DNA of 64,000 nt, from assembly GCA_965603825.1 (NCBI GenBank), contig CBFDEM010000033.1, positions 310,001-374,000 of the forward strand. Reading direction: 5' to 3'. The DNA comes from Blepharisma stoltei ATCC 30299. Taxonomy: Eukaryota > Protista > Ciliophora. Positions 48,364-60,140 of this stretch are shown here, piece after piece. Below the pieces are notes generated by a model. It did no database searches. It was not told the origin of the DNA and was given only the letters and a program-made list of their open reading frames with translations. The translations under genes and the position numbers were made by a program. The first letter of the stretch is position 1, and every line of letters begins with the position of its first letter.

Positions 48364-49431
48364 ATGTTGAAGAATTTAGTGCTGGCTATGGTTCTTGCCA
48401 TTTCCTCCGCAAGGTGGCTAAACAATCACAGCGAAGATCTGCTCTCAACAATTTCTTGCAAGTCGTATTCTTGTAAGACCTCAAACGTCACTATTCCTAC
48501 AGGATCATGTGGTTTGGTATCAGGCACAAACGTTTACTTAACTCCATGCTCTTCCACCTCCACCACCCCATACTGTAACACTACAAACTTGAATCTCACC
48601 TGCAGAGCCACACCTGCAGTTGCTGCTCTCCAAAATTACCCTGGAGAGCCATGCTCTGCTCAAACAGATTGCAAATTTGGAATTTGCACTAGTTCCAAAT
48701 GCACAGGACAGTCAAAAGGAGACACCTGCACTCTCCACGAGCAATGCAATCCTGGACTTATGTGTTCAGCAGGAGGAGTTTGCGCTACTCAAATTGGTAT
48801 AGGAGTATCTGGCTGTAGAAGCTATCTCGACTGTGTCAATTATGCAAGCTGCAATGCAACTTATTCATCATCAAATGGAACTTGCACTCAATATTCTACA
48901 GTTGCTAATGGACTAGTCGTAACAGACTGCCAAAACGGGCTGTCTGAAATGTGTGCCTCTGGATATTGCACTAAAACGGGAAACTTTTATGGACAATTAG
49001 GAGTCTGTTCAACTGCTCCTACTAGTAGCAAAACATTACCAACAAATTGCACGCAAAATACAGATTGTTTAGGGACAGATGGAACAAATATGTACTTAAG
49101 CACATGCCAATGCGGCTATAATTCTGCAGGCCAATCATATTGCAATCCATTCATAGGAGATGCTCCAGGCCAAAGTTTGATTAATAAATGGGTGACAGCG
49201 CTCAAGGCATCAGCTTCTGTATGCAATACTGTTAGAAGAGACGCAGATTCTTGCTTATCACTAATTGGAAAACTAGATGATATTAATGCAGCTGATTTCT
49301 ATTGGAATTATTATCCTAAAGTGCAAGGAAATGACCTTTGTGTTCAAAGTATCTATACAAGCCTATACTGGGCTGCTTCAAATGCCAATCTTATCACTTT
49401 TACAGTGATGATAGTTTCTTTGTGGATTTAA
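48364..49431 (+). CDS. Cys/Ser/Thr-rich secreted surface protein, probably GPI-anchored
   Basis: Signal peptide; periodic Cys modules (PGEPC..C..GIC, C..GYC, CQCGYN..YC); hydrophobic C-terminal tail LITFTVMIVSLWI. Confidence 0.8.
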   Translation: MLKNLVLAMVLAISSARWLNNHSEDLLSTISCKSYSCKTSNVTIPTGSCGLVSGTNVYLTPCSSTSTTPYCNTTNLNLTCRATPAVAALQNYPGEPCSAQTDCKFGICTSSKCTGQSKGDTCTLHEQCNPGLMCSAGGVCATQIGIGVSGCRSYLDCVNYASCNATYSSSNGTCTQYSTVANGLVVTDCQNGLSEMCASGYCTKTGNFYGQLGVCSTAPTSSKTLPTNCTQNTDCLGTDGTNMYLSTCQCGYNSAGQSYCNPFIGDAPGQSLINKWVTALKASASVCNTVRRDADSCLSLIGKLDDINAADFYWNYYPKVQGNDLCVQSIYTSLYWAASNANLITFTVMIVSLWI

Positions 49432-49756
49432 CTTTAATTCATTACTTTTAGGTATTAATTTTTTATTTTTCATTACTTTAATGATCCTGCGCAATATACA
49501 TAGTTGCAAATCAATTAAATATAAATTTTGTAAACTTTAGCCTATTTTTATGCATATAAATATGAATTTCATATTCATATGCCAATTTTTTTGGCAGTAA
49601 AATGTTTCGTTCAGAAATTAAGATTTCTTTTCATTTGAAATATAAGAAATTTCTATTATTTGCATAAAGATTATTATCTATATTGACCCTCAAAAGTGGT
49701 GAAAGAGGCTAAAAAAGATTGCTCTCATAGTGATATTTTTCCCAGTTTTCCATAAT

Positions 49757-51016
49757 ATGGCAGAAGAACCTGACTACCCAACTTTGCTTAATGTTCTAAA
49801 AGAAAAAAACAAAGAAGTTAAAAACCTTCAAAAGAAAGTAGAAAGACTTGAAGAACGCTATGTTTCCAAGCATAGAGAAAATGGAGATCTTTTAAGCGAT
49901 AGAGAGGCTCTAATTAATTTCGCACAAACAGTACTTGATCGATCAATTCAGCGAGACTTCGGCGGCTGCAAAGCAGAAGAACTTGAATCATTATGAGCAT
50001 CTAAAGAAGAAGAACAAAAAAGATTGATAAGAACGATGAGCCAGTCATCAACTGATGAAATTCAAAAGTTGAAAGGAGAATTATCAAGATTGAAAGAAAG
50101 CCTTAGAGTAAAGGAACAAGAAACCGCCGAATTTAGAGCCCTAGAAGAACAACATTCAGTTGTATTATCTCAAATGGACGAAATTCGAGGAGAAGCTGAA
50201 TACTTAGAGAAGCAGATTGAAAACTTAAAAGTAGAAAATGCAAGATTAAGGGCTCAACAAGAAGAAGCTACCAAAAACAAAACAAACAGTTTAATTGCTG
50301 CCTTAGAGCAACGCCCGCCGACATTTTCTGACGACGTTCCAAAGTTGCAGAAGTTATTAGCTGATGCTCAAGCCAGAATTAGTTTTTTAGAGAGCGAAGT
50401 CAACCAAAAAGAAACTAATGAAGACAAAGAAGTTGAATACCTCGATAGCATTCAACAGCTCAATCAAGAAAAGCACAGGCACGAGTCATTAATAAAAGAG
50501 CTCGAAGACCAGCTCTCTGACACAAAAAACGATTTCCAAGAGCACAGAAAGCGAGCCCAAAAGTTAGTATTAGAAAAAGACCAAACAATAGACAGACTTA
50601 AGCTAAAAATCAAAGAATTCGAAAAACCCAGCGAAGAATCTGACCAAATCACATCTATGAAGATCAGGATTGAAGAGTTAGAAAAGTCTTTGTCAAGAGA
50701 AAATGTGAACATGGAGTACCTAAAAAACATAGTCATGAAGTATATGGAGTATATGTATGCCGGAAATCTCAGAGAAGCGACCAGTCTCGCCTATGTGATT
50801 TACACGATCCTTGATTTTACACCTGAAGAAATTGAAGTCATCAGGCTTGCAAGAGAGTCCAGCCATATCTACAGCAGTGTCACTGGACTCTTCACTGTGA
50901 AAAGTCCTGGAACTGGCTTGTCACACAACACTATCCACACCTACGAAGGGAGACGAAGAGCCAACCTAGCTAAGCAACGAAATGACTCTGAAGAAGAGGT
51001 GAAATCTCAAACTTAA
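49757..51016 (+). CDS. GRIP-domain golgin (coiled coil)
   Basis: TGA at 49994 read through; VNMEYLKNIVMKYM..VIYTILDFTPEE GRIP signature. Confidence 0.8.
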
Positions 51017-51061
51017 TTGGAAAATTTTATTAATATTCAAACATTTATAAATTAATTCAAG

Positions 51062-51640
51062 ATGACGATGACCTGTACTAAAGCGATTCAGGAGTGGGAA
51101 GCTCGCACAGGACAGCGCGCAGCAGAAGCTTCAGAAGTGAAATTAATATGTTGGAATCCGCCAATCAACAAGATGGACCAAGGACTGTCACAACTTATTA
51201 ACTGCCGCAAGTTGTCATTATCTACCAATAGTATAGAAAAAATAATGAATTTGTCCAACCTGAGGAGTCTTGAAATATTGTCCATAGGCAGAAATCAGAT
51301 TAGGAAAATATCAGGGCTTGATGAAGTGGGAGGGACGTTGAAGGAACTGTGGATTTCGTACAATTTAATTGAAAAACTAGATGGCTTACAAAACTGTGTG
51401 AGATTGACTACACTTTTCGTGTCAAATAATAAAATCAAGAACTGGGAAGAGATTAATAGACTTAATCAACTACAGGAGCTAAGGAATGTCCTTTTATCCG
51501 GAAATCCGATTTATGATTCATTTCAGAATAAAGATGATGCGAGACCAATGGTGATCAAAAGATGCCCTCATATAGAGGTGCTTGATGGAGCAATTGTATC
51601 AGATCAGGTTAGAAAACAAGCAGAAGAGCTGAGAGATTAA
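51062..51640 (+). CDS. DNAL1: Outer-arm dynein light chain 1 (LRR)
   Basis: PPINKMD, KLSLSTNSIEKI, LSIGRNQIRKI, TLKELWISYNLIEKL, LSGNP, VLDG. Confidence 0.92.
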   Translation: MTMTCTKAIQEWEARTGQRAAEASEVKLICWNPPINKMDQGLSQLINCRKLSLSTNSIEKIMNLSNLRSLEILSIGRNQIRKISGLDEVGGTLKELWISYNLIEKLDGLQNCVRLTTLFVSNNKIKNWEEINRLNQLQELRNVLLSGNPIYDSFQNKDDARPMVIKRCPHIEVLDGAIVSDQVRKQAEELRD

Positions 51641-51785
51641 CTTAAGTTAGATTTTATATAAAATTTTAATAAAAACTTTTGCTAATATATACATTTGCTC
51701 TTCACATTTGTAACTAAGGTAGCATCTTTAAGCAGAATAATTTATTAATGCAAGCAAAATGGCATTGAATCAAATCTTATAAATA

Positions 51786-52307
51786 ATGATAGGAACTGCA
51801 ACCCCAGAAGAGGTTCTTTCCCATGCCCATGCAACATCTGAATTTTTATGCTCACTGAATGCGAACATCTTTGATTTAAGATTTGGGAGCTTCAGGCTGA
51901 GAGATATGGATACCAATACAATTCTACTAGATTTAGAAAGAGACTTCGAGCCTCAAACTGAAGAGTCAAGATTTATTAGTTATAATTTCCCTCCTGAGTT
52001 CTTAAATTTGCATACTATCGGTTCTTTGATTTATTTCTCCATAGGTGAATATCCAGTATCGAACTTCAGAATGATTGAAAGGCATTATTTCAAAGACAGA
52101 TTAGTGGAGAACTATGATTTCACTATTGATTTCATGATACCAAATACTATAAACTCAAGAGAGTTTATTTACACTCTCCCAGAACTCTCAGAAGAGGAAA
52201 AAGCAGACATAATTCTGAGTCCTCGAGAGACTAAATCAGATAGCTTTTTCTTTGCTGATGGGCAGCTTATTATGCATGTCAGAGCAGAGTATAACTATTC
52301 AGGATAA
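51786..52307 (+). CDS. UNC119: UNC119 family myristoyl-protein carrier
   Basis: FLCSLNANIF, NFRMIERHYF, IPNTINSREFIY, ETKSDSFFFADGQLIMHVRAEYNY. Confidence 0.88.
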   Translation: MIGTATPEEVLSHAHATSEFLCSLNANIFDLRFGSFRLRDMDTNTILLDLERDFEPQTEESRFISYNFPPEFLNLHTIGSLIYFSIGEYPVSNFRMIERHYFKDRLVENYDFTIDFMIPNTINSREFIYTLPELSEEEKADIILSPRETKSDSFFFADGQLIMHVRAEYNYSG

Positions 52308-52353
52308 ATATCTTAATCATTTTAACAGTCTTATCATGAATTTTAAGTCTACT

Positions 52354-53994
52354 TTATTTATCGTACACTGATTTTCTTCGAGCCCAAGGCCTCCTTAACA
52401 AACTGCTTCTATAGTCTTTGGGGTCATGCAAAACAAAGATATTATCCATGGGGAGCTCTCTCATTCCCTGGACTTCGAGAAGAGATGCAGTAGCTAATCT
52501 TTCTAATCAAAATCCTCCAACAAATATATTTAAAATATCAAAATAGATTTTTTCTATTACCTGCTCGTAAATTTTTGATCTTTCTTCCTTTCACACTTGT
52601 TTTTGAAGTTTAATAGGCAATGAATCCATAACCCCTTCAATATGGTTTGATAGCTTCTCTGCTTCTACTAAAGTCTCAATTCATTCACTGCTAAGAAAGT
52701 CTTCAATTAATTGTGTACAAACTTCGCTGCTTAATATTGCATCTTCTTTATCCATCTCTTTGATGCACAATGATACTATCGGTTTAAGCTCTGAATATGG
52801 AATGAGATCATAGCAGAGCTCATCTAACAAAAACTCATTAAGAAATTCATAACACAAGTTTTTGCACTCAAAATCTGTAAGTTTGTCTACTATTGAATCA
52901 GATAGCTCGTTAACTACAATTAAATCTTGGTTTACTCTGAGAATCCTCTTACTAACAGCAATTGATGCTTGCTCAGATATGCTCTCTATCATAGAATCAA
53001 AGATTATTTCAGCACAAATATCATTGATAATTCTTGATTTTTCTTGAAGATTTTCATTACAAATATCTAGGCAGTCCTTATCTACAATTCCATTAATAAA
53101 ATCCTCACAGACTGCCTTAACTGCTTCTTTTAGGTTGCGTTTAACTATATTTTTATTTTTAGGAGTGAATAAACGATCGAATGCAACATCAGGAATTTCA
53201 ATTGCGCTTCGCAAAGTGTTGAATTCTTGATTTAAAGTATCAGAAAAATCCTCGATGTCCAAAAATTTAAGAGATATTTTGACTTGCTTTTTTTGTAAGT
53301 TTGTTAATCCAAGTCTCATATTGCATTTCTTAGAAAGCCAATGGTAACTTCGGATTACGTTTAATAAGAATGGATCTCTATGTGTAAATGGAAAAATATT
53401 TGCCAGAGGTGTTGCAACTAAAAAGTCTAAATCTGATTTTAATTTTTCATAGTAGTTTATACCTTTCCACACAAATTCAATATCATGGCACTCATACAGT
53501 TTTTTCCAAATCTGGACTCTTTCGATCACTTCGATTGTTTTATCTCTCATTTTCTCTATCAAATTTGCAAGCTCAAGCCCAATCATTTCTAAATCTTTAC
53601 ATTTCTTTTTGCGAAACTTTTTTGCTAGAAGCTGTATTTTGGAAAGAGTTAATTCTCTTTCTTGTATAGTTCTTAAAATATTAAGAATAGGCGACTGGTT
53701 TTCTTCAAGCATACTAATTTCTTTCGCAATTATTATTGCGGAATACGTAGGTGAAACTGCTATTAAAGATTTGAAAACCATTTGATGCTGATTTGGGATG
53801 TCATATTTGACTCAGAGAGTTTCGAGTTCTTCTAATAAATATTGAACTTGTAGCGAGCTATAAATTGAAGGTCGCTTTTTGATTTCTAATCTGCTTGATT
53901 TCGACAAATCGTGAGTACGAGTTGCTGAAATTGTTCTTCTTGAAGTATTGCTCCTTGTTGAAAATGTATAATTTATCCTATTTTTATGGTTCAT
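52354..53994 (-). CDS. Hypothetical helical protein
   Basis: Single frame from ATG 53994 through TGAs at 53812 and 52681 and two more, to TAA 52354. Confidence 0.7.
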
Positions 53995-54155
53995 TTTATT
54001 AGAGCAGAAAATAATGATAAAGTAGAAGTAAATAATCACATTTAATAATAACTGAAAGCCTTTATAATACTAAATGCAACAAAATTTAAAATCCCTTTTA
54101 GAGCATGCAAGGTTTTGTATGTCTTCACAGGGACGGAATAAGCTTAGTTAATATA

Positions 54156-54860
54156 TTAGCCTGTTAATTTTGTCTTCATGTTTTTGAAAGGGTTCGCAAA
54201 CTTTTTCGGGATGGCTTGAGTATGTTCTAGCAATGTTCTTACTGAAACTGGATCAGTAATTTGGCTATCTTTTCCTTCAACCACTATATTGATAAATTCA
54301 TCTTTCTTAATCTCATGCTTTTCTCCAAAGAAATGTCTCAGCAGTTTTTCTTCAAGAGCTTCAGCTCTTTCATTTAATTGGCTTTTCCATGAAGTTAAGC
54401 GATTGACATTAAAATAATTTTCTTCAATTGCTGCTTCTAGCATTATACTGATCGAAACTCTAATAACCCCCTTCACTATTCTTTGAATATCACTCTTTGT
54501 CAAAGAATTCGAGTATGCAGTATCTGCAATGTGCCAGAGCGAGTCCGCCTTTTCGTAGGCTGAGCCTTCTCCATAAAGAATTGCAAAGGAAATAAGATAG
54601 TCAGTATTAAGGGCTCCATTTAGATTCAGCTTATCTGTGAATATTTCAAGCAATTTATGAGAAAAAGGCAAGCTGAAATTTTGCGATAAAATTTCCAATG
54701 CTTTAGCAGAAGGCAAAGATAAATTTTGGAAGCGCCGTATGGTTGCTTCATATTCGTGGATGCTGTGATTTCTTAGCCGAAATCTGCTTTCATAAATCTC
54801 CAAGCTTTCATTTTCCGCTGATTTTTGATCATAAAGAGACTTGGACTTTTTACAACCCAT
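54156..54860 (-). CDS. N-myristoylated divergent EF-hand-like protein (same general family as 103..948)
   Basis: MGCKKS; ILYGEGSAYEKADSLWHIADTAYSNSLTKSDI resembles the CnB/NCS 'EK..F..YD' pattern. Confidence 0.6.
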   Translation of the reverse strand: MGCKKSKSLYDQKSAENESLEIYESRFRLRNHSIHEYEATIRRFQNLSLPSAKALEILSQNFSLPFSHKLLEIFTDKLNLNGALNTDYLISFAILYGEGSAYEKADSLWHIADTAYSNSLTKSDIQRIVKGVIRVSISIMLEAAIEENYFNVNRLTSWKSQLNERAEALEEKLLRHFFGEKHEIKKDEFINIVVEGKDSQITDPVSVRTLLEHTQAIPKKFANPFKNMKTKLTG

Positions 54861-54964
54861 TATTATTAGCGTATTAAAATCTGTTTTTTTAGTATCTATA
54901 CAAATTAAATCGCCTGGATTCAGTGATTAATAAGTCACCAGAATTATTAAATAAATAATTCCAA

Positions 54965-57082
54965 ATGGAGCCAACCATTGTGTCAACCTGCTCTTTAGAT
55001 CAGTGGGCTTTGGATTTCAAAGGAAACGAGCAGCGCATAATAGAATCAATCATCCAAGCCAAGCGCATGCATAATGCCAAAATTCGGCTTGGCTCTCAAG
55101 CCGAAGTAACTGGCTATAGCATCGAAGACCATTATGTAGAGCCTGATACGATCTATCACTCTTGGCAGGTGTTATTGAACGTAATCAAAGTAACCCTCAT
55201 TCCTCCATATAACGATATCCTTTGCCTTATTGGTATGCCTCTATATTTTCACGGAGTTGTTTACAATTGCAGTGTGCTAATTTACAATGGAAAAGTAATC
55301 CTGATCAAGCCTAAAGTTGTACTTGCAGATGATGGACTTAATAGAGAAAAACGTTGGTTTACTGCATGGTGTGGAAACAGAGAACTCATGCAGTACAGCT
55401 TACCAGCCTTCATCACTGATGTGACTGGTCAGCAAACTGCGCCATTTGGAAATGGAATGCTGAGATCTGAAGACGGCTATTTAATAGGAGTCGAAACTTA
55501 TGAAGAATTATTGTCGCCAGTCTCCTCAAGCACTGAATTATTTTTGATGGGAGCCCATATTGTTCTGAACATGGGGGGAAATCCTTTCCAGATGTCAATA
55601 GAATTTCAGAAATGGTATAGCATGATGTCGGCATCAGTCAAAACAGGAGGCATTTATATGTATTCTAACCAAATCGGTTGTGACGGGCACCGCACCTATT
55701 TTAATGCAAGATCAATGATATTTTTAAATGGAAATTGTTTTGCCACAACTGAGCCATTCTCAATGAAGTCAGTAGATGTGGTTTCAGCAGCCCTTGACTT
55801 AAGTGAAGTGGATAGTTATAGAAATGCAATTGCTTCAAGAAATATGCAAGCTAAAGATAAAATTTTAGAACAATTCCCTGTCATTGTGGTTCCTGGGTTT
55901 AAACTTCTTGTGAAAAATTCAATAGAGTCTTCATTGCCAATTCAAGTTCCAGAATACTCTAGGGCAGAAGAAACTGGGTTTGCGCCTGCTTGCTATCTTT
56001 GGGATTATTTACGCAGGACTAATGCAAGTGGCTTTTTCTTACCTTTATCTGGAGGCTCTGATTCTGCAAGTGTGCTGGCTATAATAGCAATTATGTGTAG
56101 AAAAGTGATGCATTGCTTAAACGTGTTTAAAGGCTATAATCTTGAGGTTTTACAAAACGATTTGAGAAGAATTATAGGGAAAATTCCTGAAAACCACCAT
56201 GAAATGCTTCATGAAATTATGCATACAGCTTATTTAGCGTCTGAAAACAGCTCAGAAGAGTCTAAAGCAAGAGCAAAAAATTTAGCTGAAGAAATAGGCT
56301 CGAATCACTTTGAGGAGAATATTGATGAAGTCTATAATGAATATTTAAACATGTTCACTAGCCTAACAAATAGTAATATACCAAAATATGAGTCAAAAGG
56401 AGGAACAAAATATGAAGATGTTGCCTTGCAAAACTTGCAAGCTAGAATTCGTATGGTCGCAAGTTATATGGCTGGACAGCTTCTACCATGGGTTTTAGGA
56501 AAGAAAGGGTTTTTAATTATCCTGGGAAGTGGAAACATTGAAGAATCTTTAACTGGATATATGACAAAATATGATACTTCAAGCGCAGATATCAACCCCA
56601 TTGGAGGAGTTTCAAAAATTGATTTAAGACACTTTTTGCTTTGGGCTTCAGAAAGATATAATTATCGCTCAATTATCCCGATTCTTGAAGCGACTCCTAC
56701 AGCTGAGCTACAGCCTCTTTCTGACTGGCATACGTTACAACAAACTGATGAGCACGAATTAGGATTAAGCTACGAAGAAATTCATTTGATGGCAATGCTC
56801 AGAAAAATTGACCACTGTGGCCCTCTATACATGTTTAATCGGTGCCTGACTGAATGGAAAACAATGGAGCCTGAATTAGTTGCTAAAAAAGTGAAAAAAT
56901 TCTTTACGTATTATGCAGTCAATAGACATAAAATGGTAACGCTAACACCTGTCATTCACATGGACTCGCTTGGCTGCGATGATAACAGATATGATCTTAG
57001 ACCATTCCTATATAACTCAAAGTGGGAAGCCCAATACAACGATATTGACAAAATCGTGGAAAACATTAAAAACCCTCAATAA
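54965..57082 (+). CDS. NADSYN1: Eukaryotic two-domain NAD+ synthetase with substituted glutaminase catalytic residues
   Basis: QWALDFKGN; LPLSGGSDS, QNLQARIRMV, GYMTKYDTSSADINPIGG, PTAEL, NRHKM. GSQAE replaces GPELE and ETYEEL replaces EICEEL. Confidence 0.92.
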   Translation: MEPTIVSTCSLDQWALDFKGNEQRIIESIIQAKRMHNAKIRLGSQAEVTGYSIEDHYVEPDTIYHSWQVLLNVIKVTLIPPYNDILCLIGMPLYFHGVVYNCSVLIYNGKVILIKPKVVLADDGLNREKRWFTAWCGNRELMQYSLPAFITDVTGQQTAPFGNGMLRSEDGYLIGVETYEELLSPVSSSTELFLMGAHIVLNMGGNPFQMSIEFQKWYSMMSASVKTGGIYMYSNQIGCDGHRTYFNARSMIFLNGNCFATTEPFSMKSVDVVSAALDLSEVDSYRNAIASRNMQAKDKILEQFPVIVVPGFKLLVKNSIESSLPIQVPEYSRAEETGFAPACYLWDYLRRTNASGFFLPLSGGSDSASVLAIIAIMCRKVMHCLNVFKGYNLEVLQNDLRRIIGKIPENHHEMLHEIMHTAYLASENSSEESKARAKNLAEEIGSNHFEENIDEVYNEYLNMFTSLTNSNIPKYESKGGTKYEDVALQNLQARIRMVASYMAGQLLPWVLGKKGFLIILGSGNIEESLTGYMTKYDTSSADINPIGGVSKIDLRHFLLWASERYNYRSIIPILEATPTAELQPLSDWHTLQQTDEHELGLSYEEIHLMAMLRKIDHCGPLYMFNRCLTEWKTMEPELVAKKVKKFFTYYAVNRHKMVTLTPVIHMDSLGCDDNRYDLRPFLYNSKWEAQYNDIDKIVENIKNPQ

Positions 57083-57104
57083 TTAGCGAATAAATAAATA
57101 AATA

Positions 57105-57842
57105 ATGGAAAATTGGAGAAAGTGAATAGCCGAAACTCAAATGACAGCAATGCTCGCTCTAGCAGTTGCTGTAAGTTTTGGCGACCCGTACGCTGTAAGC
57201 TTTGGGTTATGGGCCATCATTATAGGAGGAGGCTTTATTGGTGTGGTTCATTTGAATCCCACTGTAACTCTCTGTAATTACGCAAAAAAGAAATACCTCA
57301 GAACCCTGACCAACGAAAATCGTGTTGAATTCAAGGGAAATCTCATTTTCCAAATTGTTGGAGCCTTGTGTGGAGGCTTAATAGGGACAATTATTGCAAC
57401 AGGGAATCACTTCCATTTCAAAATTGGAAATGATTCAACAATCGCTGAAGCGATTGTGGCTGAAGCAATTTTCACTTGCCAATTAAATCTTGTTATCATG
57501 ATAAGCCAGGAAATCGAATTTCCATTGATAGGCTCGCTTGCCGTTTCGATGACAGTCTTGGTGGGTGCTTTAACTGTTGGTCCGATTTCTGGAGGCTGCT
57601 TTAATCCAACAGTATGCTTGTCTTTGAATTCTGTCAAAGCGATATATTACGATGATATAAATTATATGCACGACATATGAATTTATGTGATCGGACCATT
57701 GATTGGGTCTGCTATGGCGATCGTTTTGGGGTGCGTGTATTTGGGGGAAAAGAATTTCAAAGCAACAATTTATGAAAGAAATTCAATGTCTTCTGGTATT
57801 CCGATGCTCTCCGATTATAAATCCAAAGATTTTCCCGAGTAA
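57105..57842 (+). CDS. Aquaporin/MIP family channel with NPT/NPT motifs, 245 aa
   Basis: K-W(TGA 57123)-IAE; HLNPTVT; GPISGGCFNPTV; W(TGA 57678)IYVIGPLIG; six hydrophobic segments. Confidence 0.85.
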
Positions 57843-58499
57843 AATCCTAATAACTTTTACATTATGGTTTATGTTGAATAAAATAATTAAATCCGTTTCT
57901 TTCTAAATAAAATCATATATCAAAAGTTTTATCAAACCTCATGAAATATGAGTAACCACATAGCTGATTCTCTCTAAAATTTCAGCCTACTCATCTATTC
58001 ATTAAATCTCATAATTTTTAAAATAATGTCGTGCTGCAATTTTTTCTGCTGCTTTTAGAATGTAAAAATCAATCACAATCTCTTCTTTGTCAACTCCAAT
58101 CAAAAATACTTCGGATATGATAGCTGATTTATTATTAAAATATGGTTTGCTAAATTAAAATCGTCAACGAAATGGAAGCAGAGGCAGGGCCTGCTATGAG
58201 TATCACAACTTGGCAAGGACTTATTTTCTTTTCCATAATAGGCTATATCATTTCACTCATCTTTGGCAAGATAATCGAATGAGCTGAAGGAAATTTCACT
58301 TCCAATAGGCAATCTTCAAATGCAAGTAATAGCACATCAAACAAAGAAGAATAATTATGAAGATTTTGAGAAGAATTATTAAATTAAGAAATGATTGAGT
58401 GAAAAATAAAAATCTTCAAATAAATCTCTTATGATCTACGCCCAAATTTAAAGAAAATTTATCACGCTTTGAAAGACCATTTGCACATTATTAGTTACA

Positions 58500-60140
58500 T
58501 TACTTTCTTTTAAAAAACACTGGAACATATTTCTTTTCTTTTGATGAGACTGATTTATTTGGTAGTTCTTTTGAGTCTTCAGAGCCTCTTGATCAGCTTC
58601 TGCTGATTTCGCTGAGCAATGATCTTCGGGCTACCTGATAATTAGGTTCTTCAATTAAATTTAAATAGCTCCTTGATTTTTCATCAAGAATAATTGATTT
58701 CCCTGATATATTCCTAATATATTTAAGCTCTTGCGAATTTTTCAGCATTTCCAACTTTGTGTGTTCTTCTTTTTCCAAGTCTTCCCCAATGACTTTTTCT
58801 TCTTTATATTTTTTTGTATCTTTAGTTTCTACTTCCAGCGTATCTTTTTGCTGCTTCATAAGTTTCATTTTCTTTAAATCCAGATTTGATTCTTCTAAAT
58901 AATCAGGTGGCCTTTTCCCTTTGAAATCAGCATTAATTACTTTTGTAATTTGATAGAAATCTTTGACGATCATATCTCCTAAATGCTTTTTCAGGATTTT
59001 TTCTTTTTTGTCATCGACTTTTGCATGATCAATCAAATTATCAACTTCTCCAACTTCTTCTGCTTCATTTTCGAACTCTTTAGGCCTGACGTAATTATCA
59101 TGTTCCTCATTATCACTACCTTGCTCAGCTTCAGTTTCAAAATAATGGGACACTGCTGGGTTATCAATGATTTTGCTATAAAACTTCTGAGAAGGAATTT
59201 CTAATACGTTTTTTTCATCTTTTTCGTTGGGGGATAAATTTGGATTACTTGATTCGCTTTCTTCACTGTGCTCTGAGTTTTGGGAATTTATAGACTTTTC
59301 AGAAACAATTGGTTCAGAAACTCCATTTTCAAGCTCGATAACTCTTTGTATATCAATTTTTTCTTCTTTAACAGGCTCAGGCGACTTTTCATTTTTCCTT
59401 CCTGTTAATTCACTTGAAGATTTATTGAAAAGCATATCAGGGCTTATATAATTCATTCTTCTTTCTCTAGCTTCATTCATCAAATTTTCTCTTAAAAGAT
59501 CTCTTGGTTGCAAGGCTTGCTTTTTTGAAATAAATCCTTCAAGTTTTTCAGGAGCTTTTATTATAAGAGAATCTTGCTGGCCACCATCAGTTAGCACATT
59601 TTTTGCCAATAAATAACTTGATTTATCTTGCTTATCTTGTTTGCATTTTGTTAGAAAGTCAGTTATGTCTTTATTTGTTTTCATTTTATTCGGCAGCTCC
59701 AGTGGCTGATCTCTTAAATATTCGAACTCTGTTGTAGACCCTTCAAACATTGGATTGAAATCAATCATTTTATTGAATCTCGGAAGCTTAGGGGCGCTAA
59801 TTCTTTTAGGTTTCTTTCTTTTACTTTTTGATTTTACATTAGTGTCTTCTTCATCTTGTGTGTAAATTGCTGATGAAAATTCCAGGCCTGGAAAATTTTC
59901 TGGGTTAAGTGGATCTAAGATTTCTCTTTTAGAAAAAACTGTTTTCTTATTATTTGCTATTAGATCTTTAAAAGATACTCTTTCGTCATAATAGGTTTCT
60001 TCAGCATCCGAAATAGATTGCTTATTGGTATCTTGCGTAGAAATTTGAGCAGAGGATGAGTAGTCTTGGATTTGTGCTAAAGGAGTCTCTTCATTTAGAA
60101 TGGCAATTTTTTTAAGTCTTCGCCTGCCAGATGATTCCAT
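58500..60140 (-). CDS. Mrc1/Claspin-like acidic protein, 546 aa
   Basis: YFETEAEQGSDNEEHD..DNLIDH..VINADFKGKR resembles the MRC1 domain; TGA at 58593 read through to TAA 58500. Confidence 0.55.

Noticed and set aside
51786-54860. Functional clustering of UNC119 with the several MG-starting (myristoylated) proteins in the window
   Set aside because: Acylated signalling proteins are abundant in ciliates and are scattered over 54 kb here; no evidence beyond chance.
58172-58355. Small TM-peptide ORF (MEAEAGPAMSITTWQGLIFFSIIGYIIF...)
   Set aside because: Only about 45 codons, or it needs a frameshift to extend; could be a microprotein or relic but cannot be supported without expression data.
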